Assembly (NCBI GenBank): GCA_030590945.1
Contig: JAUVBY010000001.1
Span: 167-64,166 of the forward strand
Length of the DNA: 64,000 bases
Reading direction: 5' to 3'
Source: Gammaproteobacteria bacterium
GTDB lineage: Bacteria > Pseudomonadota > Gammaproteobacteria > Arenicellales > Poriferihabitantaceae
The first letter of the stretch is position 1; each line of letters begins with the position of its first letter. A program made the translations under genes and the position numbers. The notes beneath the pieces are model-generated. The model saw only the letters and a program-made list of their open reading frames with translations. It was not told the DNA's origin and ran no database searches. Shown here one piece after another: positions 18,162 to 25,878 of the stretch.

Positions 18162-19684
18162 TGTCCTCTATGGGAACAGTTCGGGAGATTATCAATAAAG
18201 GTGCTGTCGCGCATCCTGATAAGACCTTTCTATGTATTGCGGAGAGTGGGCAGTTGCTCAGCTGGGCACAGCTTCATGCGCGCTGTACTGAGGTTGGTGC
18301 ATTACTTGATGAACAAAATGTCGCGCCGGGCGCAACCATCGCCTTTCTGCTGGATAATGGCTATTGGAGCACGCTGCTATTTCTGGGGGTGATGTATAGC
18401 GGGCGCGTCGTATTATCACTGAATGCGCTTAGTGGTAAGCAATCATTGTCGTATGTGATAAACCATTCAGACGCAAAACTGTTGTTTATTAATACTGCTT
18501 ATCAACAACAGTATTCGGAGGTGCTATCTTCGTTAGAGGCGCCAATTTCTATAATTGAAACGGATGAAAATCTGGGGCCGGTTTTGCCCTCATCCGCCCA
18601 TCTGGAGCCAAAGTTGCCGCAGATCAATTTACATGATATCGCCTTGCTCATGTATACCTCTGGTACAACGGGTCAGCCGAAAGGTGTGTTGCTTTCGCAT
18701 AAAAATGTGCTTGCCGGAGGGCGAAATACCATGCAGGCTCATCAGTTGAGTGACAAAGATATTGGATTATGCGTGCTACCGCTTTATCACATCAACGCGC
18801 AGATGGTATCTGTCATGGGGGCGCTAGTGAGTTATAGCCAGCTTGTTATGGCACGAAAATTTAGTGCGCGGCAATTCTGGCACGACATCGCCAACTACAA
18901 TTGCACCTGGTTTAGTATAGTGCCGACGATAATATCGTACCTGATTGAGCATGATGCCGAGGGGGTCGATGAGCTTACTATGCAAAAAATCAGAAAAAAA
19001 GTACGCTTTGGACGGTCCGCTTCAGCCGCACTGTCACCCACGAAACATCAGCAATTTGAAAAACATTTTGGCATTCATATCATTGAAACGATGGGCTTGA
19101 CCGAAACAGCTGCACAAATACTATCCAACCCCATGCCGCCAGAGAAAATTAAATATGGTTCACCCGGTATTGCTGTCGGAAATCAGGCCAGGATTATTAA
19201 TGAGGCGGGTAAAGAGGCAGATAAGGGTGTTATTGGCGAATTAATGGTTCGAGGCGATAACGTGATGTGCGGGTATTATAAAAATAAAGCCGCAACGAAT
19301 GAAGCGTTGGAAGCAGATGGCTGGTTACATACGGGTGACCTGGCATACTGTGATGATCAGGGGTTCTTTTTTATTACCGGGCGCCTCAAAGAGTTGATTA
19401 TTAAGGGCGGAGAAAATGTAGCACCGCGTGAGATAGATGACGTTTTATATCGGCACCCCGCCGTGCTTGAAGCCGCTGCTTTTGGGGTGGACGATGAGCA
19501 CTATGGTCAGGAGATTATGGCATGTGTGGCTTTGTGCCCGGGGATGCAGGCAACCGAGCAGGAATTACTTGAACTGTGTGAAGCCAATCTTGGCTCGTAT
19601 AAAACGCCTAAACGGGTACTGATTAGGGATGCCTTACCTAAAGGTCCATCCGGGAAAATTCAGCGGTTGAAGATAAGTGCATGA
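18158..19684 (+). CDS. AMP-forming acyl-CoA ligase; SauT-like candidate sulfoacetate-CoA ligase
   Basis: 508 aa with the AMP-binding signature MYTSGTTGQPKGVLLSH and a C-terminal ..GKIQR. It overlaps the upstream stop by 4 nt (ATGA). Confidence 0.8.
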   Translation: MMSSMGTVREIINKGAVAHPDKTFLCIAESGQLLSWAQLHARCTEVGALLDEQNVAPGATIAFLLDNGYWSTLLFLGVMYSGRVVLSLNALSGKQSLSYVINHSDAKLLFINTAYQQQYSEVLSSLEAPISIIETDENLGPVLPSSAHLEPKLPQINLHDIALLMYTSGTTGQPKGVLLSHKNVLAGGRNTMQAHQLSDKDIGLCVLPLYHINAQMVSVMGALVSYSQLVMARKFSARQFWHDIANYNCTWFSIVPTIISYLIEHDAEGVDELTMQKIRKKVRFGRSASAALSPTKHQQFEKHFGIHIIETMGLTETAAQILSNPMPPEKIKYGSPGIAVGNQARIINEAGKEADKGVIGELMVRGDNVMCGYYKNKAATNEALEADGWLHTGDLAYCDDQGFFFITGRLKELIIKGGENVAPREIDDVLYRHPAVLEAAAFGVDDEHYGQEIMACVALCPGMQATEQELLELCEANLGSYKTPKRVLIRDALPKGPSGKIQRLKISA

Positions 19685-19831
19685 ATGTATCGCTCACAAT
19701 TGGATGGAATTTGTCAGTGTGGCAGGTCCCGCATGTAAAGCATTTCAGGCATGCTGATGATCTGGTATGCCGAATAAAAGCTGGCTGGTACTATGGTGCC
19801 GAAAGGCATATCTATAAGCTCGGTTCCCGGT

Positions 19832-19851
19832 TTATTCTGCATGCAGAATAA
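19832..19851. promoter_or_regulatory. Perfect 20-bp palindrome upstream of xsc (candidate operator)
   Basis: TTATTCTGCA|TGCAGAATAA sits in the 290-bp spacer between the ligase gene and xsc, about 125 nt upstream of the xsc ATG. Confidence 0.35.
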
Positions 19852-19974
19852 TTATGACCTGGAATTCAAGTTCAACGAGTTGGGGTTTGCTCGGCCAAAA
19901 GCCCGAGCAGTAATGCATTTTGTTTGTACCCGCTCAGGTTTAATTATATACAACTTAGTTTTGGAGAAGTAACC

Positions 19975-21756
19975 ATGAAAATGACAACAGAAGAAGCCTT
20001 CATCAAGGTACTGCAAATGCACGGCATCGATCAGGCGTTTGGGATTATCGGCTCTGCGATGATGCCGATTTCCGATTTATTCCCCTCCGCGGGCATCCAC
20101 TTCTGGGATTGCGCGCACGAGTGTAATGCGGGGATGACCGCCGATGGTTATACGCGCGCGACCGGTAAGATGAGCATGGCGATTGCACAAAATGGCCCGG
20201 GTATTACTAATTTTGTAACGCCAATCAAAACCGCCTACTGGAACCATACCCCCTTACTATTGGTGACGCCTCAGGCGGCCAACAAGACCATCGAACAGGG
20301 CGGTTTTCAGGAAATCAAACAGATGTCGTTATTTGAAGACATGGTATGTTATCAGGAAGAAGTGCGTGATCCGAGCCGTGTGGCAGAAGTGCTCAATCGA
20401 GTGATCGAGAATGCGCGGCGTGGTTCCGCTCCGGCACAAATCAATTTCCCCAGGGATTTCTGGACCCAGGTGATTGATATTGAGTTGCCACAGATTGTGA
20501 AACTGGAGCGTTCACCAGGCGGTGAGAACGCGATTACGGCTGCGGCTGCGTTGTTATCTGATGCCAAATTTCCGGTGATCCTCAATGGCGCCGGCGTGGT
20601 GTTGGCTAACGGTATCGAAGCATCCCAGGCATTGGCTGAGCGTCTGTCCGCGCCAGTGTGCTGCAATTATCAGCACAACGACGCGTTCCCGGGCTCTCAC
20701 CCGTTGGCTGCGGGCCCGCTGGGTTACAACGGCTCCAAAGCAGCAATGGAACTCATCGCTAACGCGGATGTGGTTCTGGCATTGGGCAATCGACTCAATC
20801 CGTTCTCGACGTTGCCGGGTTATGGCATAGATTACTGGCCTGTCAACGCGAGCATCATCCAGGTGGATATCAATGCGGATCGCATTGGCCTGACAAAGAA
20901 AGTAGATGTGGCCATCCAGGGCGATGCGCGCCGCGTCGCGGAGCAAATCCTGGAGCAGTTGTCGGATACGGCTGGGGACGCAGGTCGTCAGACCCGCCTG
21001 GATATAATTGAAGGCACCAAATCCAGCTGGAAACATGAACTGGCCGCGATGGTGCATGAAGAAGACAATGATGAAGGGATTACCTGGAATCAGCGCTGTC
21101 GTGACAAGCATCCGGATCGCATGTCACCTCGGCATGCCTGGCAGGCGATTATGAAAGTGTTGCCTAAAGAGGCCATGATTTCATCTGATATTGGGAACAA
21201 CTGCGCGATTGGTAACGCTTATCCAAGTTTTGAAACGGGCAGGAAATATTTCTCACCGGGTTTGTTTGGTCCATGCGGCTATGGTTTCCCCGCCATTCTG
21301 GGCGCAAAAATTGGTCGCCCCGATATGCCGGCAGTAGGTTTTGCCGGCGATGGTGCCTTTGGCATTTCGATGAATGAAATGACCTCATGCGGCCGTGATG
21401 ACTGGCCTGCTATTACCATGGTGATTTTTCGCAATTATCAATGGGGCGCAGAAAAGCGCAATACCACGCTGTGGTACGATGATAATTTTGTAGGTACTGA
21501 GCTTGACCTCGATGTTCGCTACGATGAAATTGCTAAGGCCTGTGGCGTCAAAGGGGTTCAGGTTCAAACCATGGATCAGCTAAGCGACACGCTTGAAACC
21601 GCCGTGGCGGAACAGATGAACGATAATGTAACGACCTTTATTGAAGTTATATTAACCCAGGAACTGGGTGAGCCGTTCCGTCGTGATGCGATGAAAGCCC
21701 CGGTTGCGGTGGCGGGGATCGACCCGGCAGATATGCAACCACAGAAAATGGCCTGA
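19975..21756 (+). CDS. xsc: Sulfoacetaldehyde acetyltransferase (ThDP-dependent)
   Basis: 593 aa from the ATG at 19975 (GGAGAAG 8 nt upstream). The N-terminus MKMTTEEAFIKVLQMHGIDQAFGIIGSAMMPISDLF and the motifs AYWNHTPLLLVTPQAANKT and MVCYQEEVRDPSR match my recollection of Xsc. A ThDP motif is present (GDGAFGISMNE). Confidence 0.88.
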   Translation: MKMTTEEAFIKVLQMHGIDQAFGIIGSAMMPISDLFPSAGIHFWDCAHECNAGMTADGYTRATGKMSMAIAQNGPGITNFVTPIKTAYWNHTPLLLVTPQAANKTIEQGGFQEIKQMSLFEDMVCYQEEVRDPSRVAEVLNRVIENARRGSAPAQINFPRDFWTQVIDIELPQIVKLERSPGGENAITAAAALLSDAKFPVILNGAGVVLANGIEASQALAERLSAPVCCNYQHNDAFPGSHPLAAGPLGYNGSKAAMELIANADVVLALGNRLNPFSTLPGYGIDYWPVNASIIQVDINADRIGLTKKVDVAIQGDARRVAEQILEQLSDTAGDAGRQTRLDIIEGTKSSWKHELAAMVHEEDNDEGITWNQRCRDKHPDRMSPRHAWQAIMKVLPKEAMISSDIGNNCAIGNAYPSFETGRKYFSPGLFGPCGYGFPAILGAKIGRPDMPAVGFAGDGAFGISMNEMTSCGRDDWPAITMVIFRNYQWGAEKRNTTLWYDDNFVGTELDLDVRYDEIAKACGVKGVQVQTMDQLSDTLETAVAEQMNDNVTTFIEVILTQELGEPFRRDAMKAPVAVAGIDPADMQPQKMA

Positions 21757-21783
21757 CCGTATTCTTCTCGTTATATCCTACTT

Positions 21784-21808
21784 GCCGGGGCTTGCCCCGG
21801 CTTTTTTT
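21784..21808 (+). terminator. Rho-independent terminator of xsc
   Basis: GCCGGGG-CTTG-CCCCGGC followed by TTTTTTT (21802-21808). Confidence 0.85.
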
Positions 21809-21926
21809 GTTTCAGTCCGGCAGGAGCTTCCAAATTCATTTCTAGCCTGATAGCCCAGAGGCTGGCGCTCTGTTTTTTATCATTATGGTGTTGTGTGCTA
21901 TACTTGTATAGCAAATTAATTATATA

Positions 21927-22160
21927 GTGGCTACAATGTTGGCAATACGATTACCCGAAGCCCTGGAAAAGCGTCTGGATGCTCTAGCGAAAGCAACGGG
22001 CAGAACAAAGTCTTACTATGCCCGTGAGGCGATTGAAGAGCACCTGGATGATCTGGAAGATATTTATATTGCAGAAAAAGCGCTTGAGGATATTCGAGCT
22101 GGACGCGCAGAGGTGATTGATTCAGAAGAGATGTGGAAACGCCTTGGTCTGGAAGATTAA
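21927..22160 (+). CDS. Type II antitoxin, ribbon-helix-helix (RelB/ParD-like)
   Basis: 77 aa from a GTG start; an alternative ATG lies at 21936. The RHH-type N-terminus reads LAIRLPEALEKRLDALAKATGRTKSYYAREAIEEHL. It is followed by an overlapping RelE/ParE-like ORF. Confidence 0.8.
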   Translation: MATMLAIRLPEALEKRLDALAKATGRTKSYYAREAIEEHLDDLEDIYIAEKALEDIRAGRAEVIDSEEMWKRLGLED

Positions 22161-22413
22161 ATTTGATGCCCGTGTTGAGAGGGCGCTGAAAAAGCTAGAC
22201 AAGCAACAGCTGCAGCGCATCAGGCGTTTTTTAGACGACAGGATCGCGAAATCTGATGATCCTCGCCAATTTGGAAAAGCTTTAACAGGTGCGCTATCTA
22301 CGTACTGGCGTTACAGAGTAGGGAACTATCGGATTCTCTGTGACATTCAAGATCAAGAGATTACTATTCTGGTGGTTGATATTGATCATCGGTCAAAGGT
22401 ATATCGAAAATAA
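22144..22413 (+). CDS. Type II toxin, RelE/ParE family
   Basis: The homologous part begins (V)WKIKFDARVERALKKLDKQ.. and ends ..YRILCDIQDQEITILVVDIDHRSKVYRK. The likely TTG start at 22144 overlaps the antitoxin 3' end. The tracked ORF start at 22117 (ATG) is also possible. Confidence 0.75.
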   Translation: MVWKIKFDARVERALKKLDKQQLQRIRRFLDDRIAKSDDPRQFGKALTGALSTYWRYRVGNYRILCDIQDQEITILVVDIDHRSKVYRK

Positions 22414-22422
22414 TCTTCCTGC

Positions 22423-22812
22423 CTATCCGTCGTAGCCCTGAGCGTTTACATCCGCCAGGTTGTTTGCGGGCAGTAACCAGTTGTTTTGTTCCGACAGTTC
22501 TGCTCGGTAAATGACATCCTCCAGACCACGAACGTAACCGACGATATTGATTCGGGACAGGCTGGGGCATTCGTAACTAAGCATGGCGCGCACTGTGTCG
22601 CCTATAGCCTGAAGTTGCGTCGCATCGGGCCCATATATTTCGGGTCGTGACGTATCGATTGATATTTGCGGTACGCTATAACAATCCAGGCTGCGAGTCA
22701 GGCTAACAGTCTGGTCAATATCGTTGATGAGAAAGCGATCCGCCAGGACAGTTGTGGAAGTAAAGGCTAGCATTACCAGCGCGATCATAGACTTGTAGTT
22801 CATGGTTTTCAT
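22423..22812 (-). CDS. Secreted hypothetical protein
   Basis: 129 aa with a signal peptide (..TSTTVLA|DR) and no recognisable motif. Its ATG overlaps the upstream stop (TAATG). Confidence 0.5.
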   Translation of the reverse strand: MKTMNYKSMIALVMLAFTSTTVLADRFLINDIDQTVSLTRSLDCYSVPQISIDTSRPEIYGPDATQLQAIGDTVRAMLSYECPSLSRINIVGYVRGLEDVIYRAELSEQNNWLLPANNLADVNAQGYDG

Positions 22813-23564
22813 TATATTTTTACCCAGTTCCCATTTGCTTGCTGGCAGGCTTGAAATGTGCGCGCTTCGCGATAGTCATTATCCGCATGGGCTGGCAGTG
22901 TGATGGTCCGGCAAGCGGGGCTTTGCGAGGCGACCCGGTGAAATTGTGCCCCGTACGAAGCATCGCGTATGGCATTGCTTTGTGCCGATTGTTGAAAATC
23001 AATGGCCATTAAGGGTGCGTACAAAAACCCAGACGCCTTACCCTGTTCCGCAATTAAATACCAATTGCTGTCAACGACTCGGCCTGCTACTGGTACGCGC
23101 TTTCCCTGCGGTATGGTATGCGTGACAACATAATCAGTACCGGGCCCACCGCGAACATTTATATTAGTGGTCGGATGGTAGTAGGCGTTTACCAGTTCGA
23201 TCGGAGGTAAGCGATTGAGTGCAGGCTTTAAAGCATGACGGTATGGCCTCGCGGCATGCCGGTTAGTGCGGGACGGCTTTGCAGAATGTCTGCTATTGTG
23301 GGATGGCTTTGGCGTTGCTTGCTGTGTTTCAGTAAAATGTTGGCCGACCTTACCACCTGCCCAATACCCTGCGAGGGTACCCGCTGCAATGGCTGCGGTA
23401 CGCCCGCGCCCTCCGCCTATATTAGAGCCAATCACAGCGCCAGTGATAGCACCCACGCCTTTCCCGACATTTTCTTTGGTGAGTTCGGGCCAGTTTTCTG
23501 CATGGCCTGGCAACGCGGTTAACGATAAGAGGGTTAGGGCAGCGATTGCGTGACGTTTACTCAT
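22812..23564 (-). CDS. Secreted glycine-zipper / SH3b-domain protein
   Basis: 250 aa from the ATG at 23564 (AGGAGA 5 nt upstream) with a signal peptide (..ALPGHA|EN). A glycine-zipper segment (GAITGAVIGSNIGGGRGRTAAIAAGTLAGYWAGG) is followed by a basic linker. A bacterial SH3-like segment follows (NVRGGPGTDYVVTHTIPQGKRVPVAGRVVDSNWYLI). Confidence 0.6.
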   Translation of the reverse strand: MSKRHAIAALTLLSLTALPGHAENWPELTKENVGKGVGAITGAVIGSNIGGGRGRTAAIAAGTLAGYWAGGKVGQHFTETQQATPKPSHNSRHSAKPSRTNRHAARPYRHALKPALNRLPPIELVNAYYHPTTNINVRGGPGTDYVVTHTIPQGKRVPVAGRVVDSNWYLIAEQGKASGFLYAPLMAIDFQQSAQSNAIRDASYGAQFHRVASQSPACRTITLPAHADNDYREARTFQACQQANGNWVKI

Positions 23565-23723
23565 CTTGGTCTCCTGTATTTGCATGTTGTTGTTGGTATG
23601 CAAATACTAAGCTACACTAGATGAACGCGGTTTGAATTTTAACCAAACAGTTGCTGAACGCTGCAATTAGTTACCTTCAGTGTGCGCTTAAATCAGGTAA
23701 CAACCGGCTAAAAACTATATTTC

Positions 23724-23880
23724 GATACTACTGTCCGGTTTAATTTTCGTAGGATCACGATAAACGGCAGTACAACAATGTTTGCAGAAGACACTTATGT
23801 TTAGAGACTTAAAACCTAAATCCCGTTTTATCGTCATTCCCGCGAAGGCGGGAATGACGCTTTAACCGGACAGTAGTATC
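23724..23880. mobile_element. Palindromic MITE-like element
   Basis: The 20-bp terminal inverted repeats GATACTACTGTCCGGTTTAA (23724-23743) and TTTAACCGGACAGTAGTATC (23861-23880) match at 19/20. A nested imperfect inverted repeat is present (ACGATAAACGG / CCGTTTTATCGT). An internal 12-bp-stem hairpin CGTCATTCCCGC-GAAG-GCGGGAATGACG lies at 23832-23859. There is no ORF. Confidence 0.5.
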
Positions 23881-24004
23881 TCTGATTAAAAAATTTGGCC
23901 GTTTATATACGTTAAAGCTCATATAAATATGTCAGGGTATTGTAATTCGCTGTTTTGTTCTGTATCTTGGCGCGGTAATTAATTCGCCTGAAATAAAAAG
24001 TAAA

Positions 24005-24349
24005 ATGATTAAAAAAATCTCCTCAGTTGTGCTAATTGCGGCAAGCTTGTTTTTATCGGCTTGTGCGAGCCAAAATCATGGTGCAGCCCTGATTCAGTCG
24101 CAACCTGACGGTGCCGAAGTAGTCAACACTAAAACGGGCGCTGTTCTGGGTGTAACGCCAGTCAAGGTTTGGTGGCGCGAAGACGGTGAGTCTCGGCTGT
24201 TTGTGAATATTCGAGTGCAAAAACCGGGCTATCAGGACAAAACCAATTCTTTCTGGGTGACGCTGCGGTATAAGAATCGCGAAGACGCACTGACCAACCC
24301 TCAATCCGTAAAAATGATACTGGACGAAAAAGCTAACCAGGCTGATTGA
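24005..24349 (+). CDS. Lipoprotein with a PEGA-like domain
   Basis: 114 aa with lipobox LSAC. The sequence IQSQPDGAEVVNTKTGAVLGVTPVKV...VQKPGYQD fits the PEGA pattern. Confidence 0.6.
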   Translation: MIKKISSVVLIAASLFLSACASQNHGAALIQSQPDGAEVVNTKTGAVLGVTPVKVWWREDGESRLFVNIRVQKPGYQDKTNSFWVTLRYKNREDALTNPQSVKMILDEKANQAD

Positions 24350-24395
24350 GTCGTTCATCGTGCACGGATAAAATTTCAACTGTGGTAGACAAGCA

Positions 24396-24770
24396 ATGAT
24401 AAAACAAATAGTTTCAACATCCCGTTATGGTTTGGCGCTGGGAGCGCTGGCCGTATTGGCAGGCTGCGCGAGCAGTGAATCCGTACCCTTTTCAATTCAA
24501 TCTGACCCGCTGGGTGGTCATGTCATCTATCAGGTGAGTACCAAGGGAAAAGATGGTTCCACAGACTGGATTTATCTGGGTAAAACGCCGATAGACATTA
24601 AGCGCCAAATCAGTCGACACGATCTTAATAAAGCCGAAGCATTTCGTATCAAAGTATTCAAAAACGGTTATCACGATCAGATTCGTGACTGGAATGGTGA
24701 TGAAATCAAAGAAGGCATTGATGAAAAAGGTTATTTGTTCTGGAACCCGAAACTGGTTCCTGACAGCTAA
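24396..24770 (+). CDS. Lipoprotein with a PEGA-like domain (paralogue of 24005..24349)
   Basis: 124 aa with lipobox LAGC. The sequence reads IQSDPLGGHVIYQV...YLGKTPIDIK...VFKNGYHD. Confidence 0.6.
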   Translation: MIKQIVSTSRYGLALGALAVLAGCASSESVPFSIQSDPLGGHVIYQVSTKGKDGSTDWIYLGKTPIDIKRQISRHDLNKAEAFRIKVFKNGYHDQIRDWNGDEIKEGIDEKGYLFWNPKLVPDS

Positions 24771-24788
24771 TAGTAACAACCAGGCATC

Positions 24789-24818
24789 AAAAAAAGCCGT
24801 CCCCGTGACGGTTTTTTT
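24789..24818 (+). terminator. Rho-independent terminator
   Basis: AAAAAAGCCGTC-CCCGT-GACGGTTTTTTT lies directly after the lipoprotein gene. Confidence 0.8.
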
Positions 24819-24882
24819 GTACGTCTCTTGCCCTGTATTGAAGATCTGGTGGCGGCGCAGATGATGTCGATCCGAGGCTAAA

Positions 24883-25719
24883 TCAATAGACCCCCAGATC
24901 TTCACCACAAACCACTTCCCCGGCGTAGGTTTCTTTGATTTCGGCCACCAGTTCATCTTCAGTCGTACCCCATAAAAGCAAATGGGTCAGCACCAGCTTT
25001 TTAGGCTGAACCTGATTGGCAATAGCGGCAAGCTGTTTGGTGGAGGTATGCATGTGCGCATGATAATACTGCCATTTAGAGGGTCGATTCTGGTAGGCCT
25101 TGTGCGAATACACCTCGTGTACCAGCACGTCGCACCCACGCCAGAGGTCGATCAGTGAATCCATCGGTGTGGTATCACCCGAGATGACAATGCGCCGGTC
25201 GGCCGTGGTAAATTGATAACCAAGTGCAAGCCAGTTTTCACCATGATCGACCCCGAAGGCGTCGACTTTGACGTGTTCATCCTCGTATACCGGGCCGGGC
25301 CCGATTTCATGGCAAACCGCACCGTATGCATCCGGATTAATCAACTCAAAACCACATACCCTGGTTTTGCGATCCATCGCATAGGCCGCCAGAATGTGTC
25401 GGGTCATATCGGCCAGGCCAGGCGGGCCGTAGACTTCCAGCGGATGTTTACGGCCCAGCACCCAGGGCGTAAAGATGAGGTCGGCATAGCCGGTGGTGTG
25501 GTCCGAATGCAAGTGTGTTAAAAAAGCGGTATTTAAGTTTTCCATCGCCAGCGCCGTGATGCCATTTTGTTCGGCGGCTGCCGCGCGCCGCACTACGCCC
25601 GGACCGAAATCAACAATATACGGTACATCATCGACCACAATGGCGAGCGACGGCCCCATCCGCTGCGGGTCGGCATTTGGGGTGCCTGTTCCCAGTAAAA
25701 CCACTTTCGTATTTTGCAT
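24883..25719 (-). CDS. MBL-fold metallo-hydrolase (RNase Z-like)
   Basis: 278 aa with the HxHxDH motif (THLHSDHTTG) and downstream His/Asp ligands. Confidence 0.75.
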   Translation of the reverse strand: MQNTKVVLLGTGTPNADPQRMGPSLAIVVDDVPYIVDFGPGVVRRAAAAEQNGITALAMENLNTAFLTHLHSDHTTGYADLIFTPWVLGRKHPLEVYGPPGLADMTRHILAAYAMDRKTRVCGFELINPDAYGAVCHEIGPGPVYEDEHVKVDAFGVDHGENWLALGYQFTTADRRIVISGDTTPMDSLIDLWRGCDVLVHEVYSHKAYQNRPSKWQYYHAHMHTSTKQLAAIANQVQPKKLVLTHLLLWGTTEDELVAEIKETYAGEVVCGEDLGVY

Positions 25720-25878
25720 TGAGTATTTTTATCGTGCCTCAAGGTGGGGTTCAATTATAGAATCTTGTGCGGGCAAGTGCGAATACGTACGCCGGGCGAG
25801 GGTAAAGCTGCACCTGCTCTTCTATGTTTCGATAGATTATAATGTCGGCCACATTATATTCCAGAAAACGAGCCTTTT

